Shown in pieces: positions 10,142-19,460 of a stretch of DNA of 64,000 nt. The notes below the pieces were generated by a model. It did not search any database. It saw nothing but the letters and a program-made list of their open reading frames with translations, and was not told the origin of the DNA. The stretch's first letter is position 1. Every line of letters starts with the position of its first letter. The translations under genes were made by a program, and so were the position numbers. Source of the stretch: Verrucomicrobiaceae bacterium (lineage in GTDB: Bacteria > Verrucomicrobiota > Verrucomicrobiia > Verrucomicrobiales > Akkermansiaceae); NCBI GenBank assembly GCA_051252135.1, contig JBPOGH010000003.1:1-64000 (forward strand), given 5' to 3'.

Positions 10142-13100
10142 GTGATCCGCGCCCTCACATCCATCGCATCCCTGATCTTTGGACTCTCCTTCGCTGCGCC
10201 CATCACTTGGGATCCTGTAAGCGACACCTTGGATCCTGGCTCGATTATCACCACCGGCGCCCTCGTCGAAGCGATCAATGGCACCGCAGCCGCTGGAATC
10301 GCCACCGTCAATGGCGTCGACTTTTCTCCGTCAAATACTCTCCTCTCCAACGATGCCGCACCAGTCGGCCTCAAAGGCGCCACAACCCTCGACCCCGGAC
10401 TCGACGCTCTCCTGAACACCATTGAGTTCGGGAATGGCACCTCAACCACCATCACCGTCGGCGGAGACTCCCTCATCATCGGCCAATCCTACCTCATCCA
10501 GATCTTCTTCACCGACCTTCGCAGCAGCCGCACCATGACTTATGGCGATGGCGAAGGGAACACCATCGATCTTGCCTCCATCGGATCACCGGGAACCTTC
10601 GGCCAATATGCCACCGGCATCTTCACCGCCGATGACACCACCCAGACACTCAGCCTGGCCATCGCATCCGGAAACGCCCACATCAACGCCTACCAAATCC
10701 GCACCTCCACCCTCCTTCCTTCGATCGACACCTTCACCGCCACACCTTCCTTAATCGCGAGCGGCGGGTCCACCACCTTGGAATGGCAAATCACCGGAGC
10801 CGACAGTGCCGAAATTAACAACGGCGTCGGCTCCATCAACGCCACCTCCGGGAGCCTCGTCGTCAATCCCACCACGACCACCACCTACACCCTGACCGCC
10901 ACCAATGGCGGCGGATCAATGACATCCGAAATCACCGTCGGCGTCGATGTCCCCGTCCTCCCACCCGTTCTCAACGAATTCCTCGCCAGCAATGACAGCG
11001 ACTTCGCCGACGAAGACGGCAACTTTTCCGATTGGATCGAGATCTACAATCCCAACTCCTTCGCCATCAACCTCGACGGCTACCACCTCTCCGACGACCC
11101 CTCAAATCTCACCCGGTGGACCTTCCCCTCCGGCGTCTCCCTCAACGGAAACTCCTACCTCATCCTCTTCGCTTCCGGCACCAGCCGGGGACTTCCCGAA
11201 CTCCACACCAATTTCAAAATCACCGCCAGCGGCGGCTACCTCGCCCTCGTCGATCCCGACGGAACCACCATCGTCAACCAATTCAACTACCCCTCCCAGC
11301 GCACCGACATCTCCTACGGCCCACAGGGATACCTCTCCCCTCCCACTCCGGGAGAGGAAAATGGAACCGCCACCAGCGGATTCGTGGCTGATACCACCTT
11401 CGACATCGACCGCGGCTTCTACGACGCCTCCTTCACCGCCCACATCACCACCGCCACTCCCGGCGCCACCATCGTTTACACCACCGATGGCACCGACCCC
11501 ACTCTGACAAACGGCACCTCCTCAACCGACTCCGCCAGCGTCCCCATCGCCGGCACCACTGTCCTCCGCGCCGCCGCCTTTAAAGCCGGTTTCACCGCCA
11601 CCAACATCGACACCCAAACCTACCTCTTCACCTCCGACATCATCGAACAATCCAACATGGATCCCGATGTCGTCGACGACCCCGCCTACAGCGGCGAAAT
11701 CGCCTCCGCCCTCAAGTCCATCCGCACCCTCTCCCTCGTCACTCCACCCGACAACCTTTTCGACAGCGCCATCGGTATCCTGCAAAACAAACAAGGCCGC
11801 GGCCTCGCCTGGGAACGTCCCGTTTCCATCGAGTTCATCAACCCCGATGACCCCACCGCCTCCATCCAAACCAACGCCGGCCTCCGCATGCACGGCAATG
11901 GCTCACGAGGCAGCCCCAAGAACTCTCTTCGCCTTCTCTTCCGCGCCGACTACGGACCGAAAAAACTCAACTACCCCCTCTTCGGCGACGACTTCATCTC
12001 GCAAAAATTCAACACCGTCGTCCTCCGCGCCCAGGCCGCCAACAGCTGGACCAGCTCCCGTTCCCTCGACCGACAATCGACCACCTTCCTTCAGGATTCT
12101 TTCGCCAAGGACACCCAGGCCGCCATGAACCAACCCCATTCCGGTTCCACCTTCGTTCACCTCTTCCTAAACGGAACCTACTGGGGCCTCTACAACCCCA
12201 CCGAGCGACCCGATGGCCATTTCGGCGAAGATCACTTCGGCGGCGATGATACCGACTACGACGCCGTCAGCCGCCGCTTCAGTGTCGAAGTCCAATCCGG
12301 CACCAAGACCCATTGGGATGCGATGATCGCGCACTCCAACACCGAACTCGATACTCAAGCGGAATACGAAACGCTCACGCAGGACTACATCGATGTCGAC
12401 AACCTCATCGACTACATGCTCATGCATCAGTTCATGCAGGCCCGTGACGGCCCGGACGACTTCGGCCACAACAACATGCGCCTCGTCCGTCGCAACAACC
12501 CCGCCGGCCTCTGGCAAGCCTTCGCCTGGGACATGGAATATTCCATGATCGATACCACCGGCACCCGCAACTACTCCTATCCCTTCCCCATTTACTCCAG
12601 CAGTCGGAACAACAACAACGACATCACCGACAGCATCGCCTCGGTCTACATCCGCCTCAAAGACAACAACCCGGAATTCCAACTCCGCTACGCCGACCGC
12701 GCCTACAAGCACCTCTTCAATGACGGAGCCCTCACTCCCGAAAATGCCTCCGACCGCTTCGAATCCCGCGCCCTTGAAATCGAAAGCGCCGTCATCGGCG
12801 AGTCCGCCCGCTGGGGAGACCAACGCCGCACCGCTCCCTACACCCGCGATGGCGAATGGACCACCGAGCGCAACCGCATCAACAACGAATTCTTCCCCGC
12901 CCGGCCCAATCACGTCATCTCCCAACTCCGCAACCACGGCCTCTATCCCGACATCGATCCTCCCACTCTCTCTCAACACGGCGGAGTGGTCTCACCCGGT
13001 TTCGATCTCGCACTTAACGCCGCCACCGGCACCATCTACCACACCACCGACGGCTCCGATCCGCGCGAAGCATGGACCGCCAACCCTCTGGGCACCGCCT

Positions 13101-14020
13101 ACACAACACCCGTCGACCTCACCCAATCACTCACCCTCAAAGCCCGCACTCTCAATGCCGGTGAATGGTCCGCTCTCACCGAAGCCACCTTCATCGCAGG
13201 CAATCCGGCAAGCCCAACCAACCTCATCGTCTCCGAGCTGCACTACCACCCACCCATCGGTCAAGAAGGACGGGAGTTCATCGAGCTTCTAAACATCTCA
13301 GGTGAAACCATCGAACTCGGTGGCGCTTCCTTCTCCGAAGGCATCGATTTCACCTTCGCCCTCAACACCACGCTCCCCCCCGGTGGCCGCATCATGGTCG
13401 TCAGGGACTTCGCCGCATTCACCCCCACGGAGCAGACCCACATCGCCGGAACATTCCAAAATAACACCGCACTCGACAACAACGGCGAACGCATCGCCCT
13501 CGTCGATCACCTCGGACAAACCATCTTCGACTTTTCCTATCACGACGACAACTCCTGGCCCCCCTTCCCCGACGGCGGAGGACCAAGCCTCACCCTCATC
13601 GATCCCTCAAATTCACCCAACCTCTCCGACCCCTCAAACTGGCGCCCCGGTTCATTCCCCGGCGGCTCCCCCGGTGACACCGATTCCACCACCTTCTCCG
13701 GTGACCCCCTTGCCGATAACAATCGCAATGGCATTTCCAACCTCGTGGAATATGCCGTCGGCTCCCAATTCACCCCCGGACTCATCACCTCGGGCGCACA
13801 AACCTTCTTCACCCTCACCTTCAATCAAAACCTCAACGCGGATGACTTCCTCGTAAAAGTTGAATCCTCACCGGACCTCATCACCTGGACCTCCGACACC
13901 GCCCTCGCCTCAACCGTTTACAACAGCGACGGAACGTCCACCGTCACCTGGCAATCACTCTCTCCCGCAGACCTCACCACTCCGCAACGGTTCCTCAGAG
14001 TTCATCTCTACAGCCGGTAG
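10142..14020 (+). CDS. Secreted lamin-tail / CotH kinase protein with N-terminal domain paralogous to upstream PEP-CTERM protein
   Basis: GTG start gives signal peptide MIRALTSIASLIFGLSFA; LNEFLASN..DWIEIYN; YTTDGTDP; GLRMHGNGSR; LNGTYWGLY..TERPD; WDMEY. Confidence 0.87.
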   Translation: MIRALTSIASLIFGLSFAAPITWDPVSDTLDPGSIITTGALVEAINGTAAAGIATVNGVDFSPSNTLLSNDAAPVGLKGATTLDPGLDALLNTIEFGNGTSTTITVGGDSLIIGQSYLIQIFFTDLRSSRTMTYGDGEGNTIDLASIGSPGTFGQYATGIFTADDTTQTLSLAIASGNAHINAYQIRTSTLLPSIDTFTATPSLIASGGSTTLEWQITGADSAEINNGVGSINATSGSLVVNPTTTTTYTLTATNGGGSMTSEITVGVDVPVLPPVLNEFLASNDSDFADEDGNFSDWIEIYNPNSFAINLDGYHLSDDPSNLTRWTFPSGVSLNGNSYLILFASGTSRGLPELHTNFKITASGGYLALVDPDGTTIVNQFNYPSQRTDISYGPQGYLSPPTPGEENGTATSGFVADTTFDIDRGFYDASFTAHITTATPGATIVYTTDGTDPTLTNGTSSTDSASVPIAGTTVLRAAAFKAGFTATNIDTQTYLFTSDIIEQSNMDPDVVDDPAYSGEIASALKSIRTLSLVTPPDNLFDSAIGILQNKQGRGLAWERPVSIEFINPDDPTASIQTNAGLRMHGNGSRGSPKNSLRLLFRADYGPKKLNYPLFGDDFISQKFNTVVLRAQAANSWTSSRSLDRQSTTFLQDSFAKDTQAAMNQPHSGSTFVHLFLNGTYWGLYNPTERPDGHFGEDHFGGDDTDYDAVSRRFSVEVQSGTKTHWDAMIAHSNTELDTQAEYETLTQDYIDVDNLIDYMLMHQFMQARDGPDDFGHNNMRLVRRNNPAGLWQAFAWDMEYSMIDTTGTRNYSYPFPIYSSSRNNNNDITDSIASVYIRLKDNNPEFQLRYADRAYKHLFNDGALTPENASDRFESRALEIESAVIGESARWGDQRRTAPYTRDGEWTTERNRINNEFFPARPNHVISQLRNHGLYPDIDPPTLSQHGGVVSPGFDLALNAATGTIYHTTDGSDPREAWTANPLGTAYTTPVDLTQSLTLKARTLNAGEWSALTEATFIAGNPASPTNLIVSELHYHPPIGQEGREFIELLNISGETIELGGASFSEGIDFTFALNTTLPPGGRIMVVRDFAAFTPTEQTHIAGTFQNNTALDNNGERIALVDHLGQTIFDFSYHDDNSWPPFPDGGGPSLTLIDPSNSPNLSDPSNWRPGSFPGGSPGDTDSTTFSGDPLADNNRNGISNLVEYAVGSQFTPGLITSGAQTFFTLTFNQNLNADDFLVKVESSPDLITWTSDTALASTVYNSDGTSTVTWQSLSPADLTTPQRFLRVHLYSR

Positions 14021-14075
14021 CCCCCCTGGTCGTTCCAAGCATTCTTCGCCCTACCAAACCCCTTACCCTGATACG

Positions 14076-14108
14076 CAAAAAGACCTCCGGGCTTCCGGAG
14101 GTCTTTTG
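14076..14108. terminator. Bidirectional intrinsic terminator between convergent CotH gene and tRNA
   Basis: CAAAAAGACCTCCGG-GCTT-CCGGAGGTCTTTTG. Confidence 0.85.
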
Positions 14109-14115
14109 AAAAAAT

Positions 14116-14190
14116 TGGAGCGGGTGAAGAGATTCGAACTCTCGACATCGACCTTGGCAAGGTCGCGCTCTACCACTGAGCTACACCCGC
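14116..14190 (-). tRNA. tRNA-Gly (GCC)
   Basis: Reverse complement GCGGGTGTAGCTCAGTGGTAGAGCGCGACCTTGCCAAGGTCGATGTCGAGAGTTCGAATCTCTTCACCCGCTCCA folds into a cloverleaf; anticodon GCC; encoded CCA. Confidence 0.97.
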
Positions 14191-14554
14191 ATTGTAGGAA
14201 GTCAACTTCCCGCGTTGCGCGGGGACTCTTTGCCATCCCACCCGTTCTCCCGCAAGAGTTTTTTGACAAGAAATTCTCCTTTTCCAGTCAGTTTGGATTC
14301 AGGTCATCAATGCCTAATGGTTTATATATCTTAACTAATATGATTTACGTTATATGACATCTTGATGTGAGCGAACTTTAAAGTTTTGCAAGAAGCGCTC
14401 CTTCAATCCCCGCCACACCACACCATTTTTAACGCTATCCCGAATCCATCCGCAGCATTTTTAAAACTGACTCCTTAGCCCGACCGAGCCCCCCTTTTTC
14501 CTTCTTGGACACCCCTCCGGCCCCCATTTTCCCCTCAATCACGGTGCTTGTGTT

Positions 14555-15043
14555 ATGCGTTGTATTCAATGTGGATCCCTTGACGACAAAGTCGTCGACT
14601 CTCGAAGCTCGAAGGACGGCACGTCCATTCGACGCCGTCGCGAGTGCCTTGCCTGCGGATCCCGCTTCACCACCTACGAGCAAGTCGAACGCACCGAACT
14701 CCGCGTCATCAAGGCCGATGGCTCACGTGAAGCCATCAACCGCGAAAAGCTCTTTCGCGGCCTCGTCAAAGCCTGCGAAAAACGAAAAGTCTCCATGGAC
14801 CGCATCGGCCGTGCCGTCGATGAAATCCTCTCCGAACTCCACAAAGACCACCAACTCGAAGTCCCTTCCAAAAACATCGGCGCCAAAGTCATGGACAAAC
14901 TCCATGCCATCGATCCCGTCGCCTACGTCCGCTACGTCTCCGTCTACCGGTCCTTCGAGGACGTCGGAGAGTTCATCCGTGAAATCCAGGCCCTCGAGAA
15001 CCGCTCCCGGACCGACACCTTCCAACGAAAACTCTTCAAGTAA
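14555..15043 (+). CDS. nrdR: Transcriptional repressor NrdR
   Basis: MRCxxC..VVDSR..IRRRRECxxC..RFTTYE zinc ribbon; ATP cone ending VAYVRYVSVYRSFED. Confidence 0.97.
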   Translation: MRCIQCGSLDDKVVDSRSSKDGTSIRRRRECLACGSRFTTYEQVERTELRVIKADGSREAINREKLFRGLVKACEKRKVSMDRIGRAVDEILSELHKDHQLEVPSKNIGAKVMDKLHAIDPVAYVRYVSVYRSFEDVGEFIREIQALENRSRTDTFQRKLFK

Positions 15044-15049
15044 TCCTGC

Positions 15050-15616
15050 ATGATCTGTCTCGTTGGTAATCTACCAGTTCTTCAAGTCGGCCAACACCAC
15101 GTCGTCGGCTACGATACCCTCTGGATTGATGTCGCCCTCAACCGCGCCGCCCAATGCTGCAACCGCGATGACTTCCCCTTCATCGACGAAATCCGCGACG
15201 GCGTCCTCCACTACCTCGAGCACCGCTGCCCCCTCCGCGTCCTCCCCCTCTCGGACCTTTACGAGCGCATGGGAAGCATGCTCCACAAGATCGGCTGTGA
15301 TGCCATCGCACACGCCCTCAAGCCCGTCGCCCCACCCGTCACCATCTCCCTCGCCCGCTGGGCACGCGAAGCCGGTAATGGCTTCGAACTCGTCTTCTTC
15401 TGCCTCCTCGCCGAGGACCTAAACGACCTCGCCACCCAGGGAGCCGAGGTCATCCGCTTCCGCGACATCCAGGAAAGCGCCATGATCCTTCGCGGCAAAG
15501 AAAGCTTCACCATGGACTGCCAAAAGCTCGCCTCGGAAATCACCGACTTCCTCGAGAGCTACCGCAACGACCAACTCCTCGGCGAACGCACCCTCCAACT
15601 CACCGTCGACATATGA
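15050..15616 (+). CDS. Hypothetical protein in nrdR operon
   Basis: Host-like codon usage; 6 nt after nrdR and overlapping the next gene (ATGA). Confidence 0.8.
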   Translation: MICLVGNLPVLQVGQHHVVGYDTLWIDVALNRAAQCCNRDDFPFIDEIRDGVLHYLEHRCPLRVLPLSDLYERMGSMLHKIGCDAIAHALKPVAPPVTISLARWAREAGNGFELVFFCLLAEDLNDLATQGAEVIRFRDIQESAMILRGKESFTMDCQKLASEITDFLESYRNDQLLGERTLQLTVDI

Positions 15617-15960
15617 GCGAACCCACCCTCTTCGAAAAAATCATCGCCCGGGAAATCCCCGCCGACATCGTTTACGAGGACGACCTCTGCCTCTGCTTCC
15701 GGGACATCTCCCCGCAAGCACCCGTCCACCTCCTCCTCATCCCCAAAAAACCCATCCCCCGCATCGCGGAAGCCACCGCGGAGGACCAAACCACCCTCGG
15801 TCACATGATGACCAAAGTCGGGGAAATCGCGCGCGCCCAAGGCTTCGCAGACGCCGGCTTCCGCACCGTCATCAACAACGGTGCCCACGGAGGCGAAGCC
15901 GTCCCCCACCTCCACCTCCACATCCTCGCCGGACGCCAAATGCAATGGCCTCCGGGCTAG
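15613..15960 (+). CDS. Histidine triad (HIT) nucleotide-binding protein, HinT-like
   Basis: TLFEKII..EIPADIVYEDD; PQAPVHLLLIPK; HLHLHILAGR. Confidence 0.95.
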   Translation: MSEPTLFEKIIAREIPADIVYEDDLCLCFRDISPQAPVHLLLIPKKPIPRIAEATAEDQTTLGHMMTKVGEIARAQGFADAGFRTVINNGAHGGEAVPHLHLHILAGRQMQWPPG

Positions 15961-15976
15961 CGGCTTCGCAAATCCG

Positions 15977-16762
15977 CTACCTCTGCTGCGCCCGCGCCTG
16001 CGGCAAAAATGCCCGCAGCTCATTGATCCGCGTCGTCGTCACCGGATGCGTGCTCAGGAACTCCGGCGTCGCACTCCGATTCTGCGCCGCCATATTCTCC
16101 CACAGCGTCACCGCCTCCGCCGGATCATACCCCGCCCGCGCCATAAAAATCGTCCCGATCTTGTCCGCCTCCAGCTCCTGCTGCCTCGAAAAAGTCAGCC
16201 CAAAGGCAATCGTCCCACCCTTCGTCGCCAGATCACCAAATCCGCTGCTACCCTCCCCGCCGCCGATCACCGCTCCCAACAACGCCCCTCCAATCGCGAT
16301 CGTCTGACTCCGCTGCACCCGCGCTTCCGCATGATTCGATGTCACATGCGCCATCTCATGCGCCAACACCGCCGCCAACTGCCCGTCCGTCTTCGCCACC
16401 CTCAGCAACCCCGTATTCACCCCCACCTTCCCGCCCGGCACCGCAAAGGCATTCGCCGACGAATCCTCAAACACCTCAAACTCCCACCGCGTCCCCGGAA
16501 GGTGAATCACCCGCTCCAGTCTCGACGCCACCCGGAACACCCGCGCCCGCGCCGCACCATCCCGCGAAACCGGCGTCTTCCTCCGGTGCGCGTCAAACGC
16601 CTCCGCACCCTTCGCCTGAATCGTCGACGACGCCGGCTGCATCGCCACATTCCCCGTCTGCGGATTGAACGCCATCGGCGCCGCACACCCGATCACCACC
16701 ACCGGCAAAAGCAACGTCGCCGACTTACTTTTCAACAAACTCCTCATTCCAAATTTCATCAT
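15977..16762 (-). CDS. M48 family metallopeptidase (probable lipoprotein)
   Basis: NAFAVPGG, HEMAH, FSRQQELEAD, FLSTHP; VIGC lipobox-like. Confidence 0.92.
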   Translation of the reverse strand: MMKFGMRSLLKSKSATLLLPVVVIGCAAPMAFNPQTGNVAMQPASSTIQAKGAEAFDAHRRKTPVSRDGAARARVFRVASRLERVIHLPGTRWEFEVFEDSSANAFAVPGGKVGVNTGLLRVAKTDGQLAAVLAHEMAHVTSNHAEARVQRSQTIAIGGALLGAVIGGGEGSSGFGDLATKGGTIAFGLTFSRQQELEADKIGTIFMARAGYDPAEAVTLWENMAAQNRSATPEFLSTHPVTTTRINELRAFLPQARAQQR

Positions 16763-16835
16763 ACCGCCATTTTATCACCGTCCCTAAACATCTCCACCAA
16801 GAATTCCCTGTCCTCCCACTTCACTTCGGTGTTCA

Positions 16836-17429
16836 ATGCCTCCCACCTTGAACCTCCCCAATTCCATCACCCTGGGCCGCCTTGTGCTCACCGCCATATT
16901 CATCGCATCGGCCAGCATGGGAGGACTCACCGCGCACATCATCGCACTCGTCAGCTTCATCCTCGCCACCATCTCCGATTGGCTCGATGGCTACCTCGCC
17001 CGGAAGCTCGATCTCGTCACCTCCCTCGGCAAACTCCTCGACCCCCTCGCCGATAAAATCCTCGTCGCCTCCGCCTTCGTCTACTTCTCCGCCGAAAACC
17101 TCTGCCCCGTCTGGGTCACCTCCGTCATCATCGGGCGTGAATTCCTCGTCACCGGCCTCCGCCAGATCGCCATCGAAAAAGGCGTCGTCATCGCCGCCGA
17201 TAACCTCGGCAAATGGAAGACCACCTTCCAGCTCGCCTTCGGCATCACCGCCATGATCTGGCTCATCTTCGAGCCCACCGCCCCCCACTCCGGACCCGGT
17301 GCCCTCCTCCACTACCTCTCCGATCCCGCCAACTTCCTCTTCCCCACCTTCCTCTGGGGCGCGTTGATCCTCACCCTCCTCTCCGGACTCAACTACCTCA
17401 AGAAGTCGCGCAGCCTGCTCTTCGAATAA
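16836..17429 (+). CDS. pgsA: CDP-diacylglycerol--glycerol-3-phosphate 3-phosphatidyltransferase
   Basis: NLPNSITLGR; DWLDGYLAR...GKLLDPLADK; GKWKT. Confidence 0.92.
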   Translation: MPPTLNLPNSITLGRLVLTAIFIASASMGGLTAHIIALVSFILATISDWLDGYLARKLDLVTSLGKLLDPLADKILVASAFVYFSAENLCPVWVTSVIIGREFLVTGLRQIAIEKGVVIAADNLGKWKTTFQLAFGITAMIWLIFEPTAPHSGPGALLHYLSDPANFLFPTFLWGALILTLLSGLNYLKKSRSLLFE

Positions 17430-18556
17430 TGCTCTTCCAGCACGCCCATCTCATCTCCCCCGGCCTTGAGATCCCCAATGGCTTTCTCCTCGTCGATGAC
17501 GGTCTCATCACTGCCCTCGGCGAAATGGCCGACGCTCCGGCCTCTTCGGATACCACCGACCTCGCCGGCCAACTCCTCGCCCCCGGCTTCATCGATATCC
17601 ACTCACACGGAGCCGATGGCGCCGATGTCTGCGATGCCTCACCCGAAAGCCTCCAACACATCGCCGAAAAAAAACTCCAGGAAGGCGTCACCACCTGGCT
17701 CCCCACCACCCTCACCCAACCCGCCGAACGCCTCGTCCAAATCGTCGGGACCATCCGCGACTGGGCCCCCTCCGCCCCCCTCTCCATCCCCGGCATCCAC
17801 CTCGAAGGCCCCTTCATCAACCGCGAACAAGCCGGCGCCCAAAACCCCGCCTTCACCCGCTACCCCGACCCCCTCGAGCTCCGCCAACTCCACGCCATCT
17901 TCCCCGCCCTCATCCTCTCCCTCGCCCCCGAACTCCCCGGCGCCCTCGAACTCATCCGGGAAGCTCGCGCCCTCGGCATCACCCCCTCCGCCGCCCACAC
18001 CAAGGCCACCTACGAAACTCTCTGCGATGCCATCGGCTTCGGCCTCAGCCACCTCACCCACTACGGAAATGCCATGACCCCGCTCCACCACCGCGAGCCC
18101 GGCATCATCGGCGGTGGCCTCCTCGAGGACTCCCTCATGCTCGAACTCATCGTCGACCGCATCCACCTCTGCGATGACATGATCCGACTCATTCTCAAAA
18201 CCGTCCCCCTCGAGCGCCTCATGCTCATCACCGACTCCGTAGCCGCCTCATGGCGAAAAGACGGCACCTTCCAGCTCGGCGGACTCGATGTCATCATCAA
18301 GGACTCAGCCGCCCGCCTCGCCGATGGCTCCCTCGCCGGGTCCACCCTCAAATTCAACGAAGGCCTCCGCAACCTCTCCGCCATCAGCGACCTCCCCCTC
18401 GCCCAACTCATCGGCACCACCGCCGCCAACCAGGCCCGCTCCCTCGGCCTCCGCGACCGCGGCACCCTCACCCTCGGAAACCGCGCCGATCTCGTCGTCC
18501 TCAATCAGAACTTCGAAGTCCAACAAACCTACCTCTCCGGCCAGTCCCGCCTGTAG
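17429..18556 (+). CDS. nagA: N-acetylglucosamine-6-phosphate deacetylase
   Basis: PGFIDIHSHG, HLEGPF, THYGNAM, LAGS motifs; start overlaps pgsA stop (TAATG). Confidence 0.93.
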   Translation: MLFQHAHLISPGLEIPNGFLLVDDGLITALGEMADAPASSDTTDLAGQLLAPGFIDIHSHGADGADVCDASPESLQHIAEKKLQEGVTTWLPTTLTQPAERLVQIVGTIRDWAPSAPLSIPGIHLEGPFINREQAGAQNPAFTRYPDPLELRQLHAIFPALILSLAPELPGALELIREARALGITPSAAHTKATYETLCDAIGFGLSHLTHYGNAMTPLHHREPGIIGGGLLEDSLMLELIVDRIHLCDDMIRLILKTVPLERLMLITDSVAASWRKDGTFQLGGLDVIIKDSAARLADGSLAGSTLKFNEGLRNLSAISDLPLAQLIGTTAANQARSLGLRDRGTLTLGNRADLVVLNQNFEVQQTYLSGQSRL

Positions 18557-19414
18557 TCACCACTTCCACGAGTGCTTCGCCCAAAACGCGTTCAGCTCAC
18601 TCACACTCCCGTTGAAACCGTTCCTCTCCAAAGGACGATCCATGGTTCCAAAATACGCCGGCGTCCTCCACGATCCCGCCGAATAATGCTTCGGACTCGA
18701 CCTCCGGTTCTCCCAAAGCACCCCCCCATACTGCCACATCGCCCACGTGTCCCAGATGTTATAGGCCTTCGTTAAATCCGCCGGCGTCTTAATATGCGGC
18801 TGCGCCTCGTTCACATTCGAATACAATGCCAACCAATACGGCGCCCGCGCAATCTGCTTCCGCTGCGCCCGCGGAGCCGAACTCAACCGCGCAATCAGGT
18901 CTTTGCTGTTCTCCAGATAAATCACCGGAGTCACTCCCGTCAGCCGCTCCATCTCATCAATGAACTCGATGATCTGACCCGCCGTGCACTTCGTATCAAT
19001 ATCACCCACCAACAAAACCTTCTCCGTCTTCAGTCCGCGCGACTTCTTAATCGAACGCAGTCTGGAAACAAACTGCGCCGCCTGCCGCTTGATGCTCGAG
19101 CTCGGCCGCACATAATAATACGCCCCCAGCTTCATCCCCTGCCGCTCCGCTCCCACCAAAAAATCGGAGCACTTCGTATCCAGCTCCATCCCCTTGCCGC
19201 AACGCGCAATCATCCCCAACGATCCGTTCGCCTTCAACGCCGCCTGATTCAACGGCGAGTAACTCGCTCCCGATCGCTGCTTCTCCTTCGGATCATAAGC
19301 CGAAACATTGATCACCTTGGGCGACTCCGCGTAGGACACCTTCCCATACGGATTCCCGCAGCTCGACATCAACGAACAACCAAACAACCCCAGGGCACAA
19401 AAAAATCGAATCAC
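18557..19414 (-). CDS. GH25 lysozyme-like lipoprotein
   Basis: Lipobox-like MSSC; GAYYY; PYWLALY; WAMWQY; RNGFNGS. Confidence 0.75.
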   Translation of the reverse strand: MIRFFCALGLFGCSLMSSCGNPYGKVSYAESPKVINVSAYDPKEKQRSGASYSPLNQAALKANGSLGMIARCGKGMELDTKCSDFLVGAERQGMKLGAYYYVRPSSSIKRQAAQFVSRLRSIKKSRGLKTEKVLLVGDIDTKCTAGQIIEFIDEMERLTGVTPVIYLENSKDLIARLSSAPRAQRKQIARAPYWLALYSNVNEAQPHIKTPADLTKAYNIWDTWAMWQYGGVLWENRRSSPKHYSAGSWRTPAYFGTMDRPLERNGFNGSVSELNAFWAKHSWKW

Positions 19415-19460
19415 CCGATACTCCTATCAACAGGACCGCCGCGAGTCATCCCGCAAATCA

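Noticed and set aside
14116..14190. tRNA-Gly as an island integration site
   Set aside because: No integrase and no duplicated tRNA 3' end seen in the window
14191..14554. NrdR box upstream of nrdR
   Set aside because: AT-rich, but no convincing match to the palindromic NrdR-box consensus
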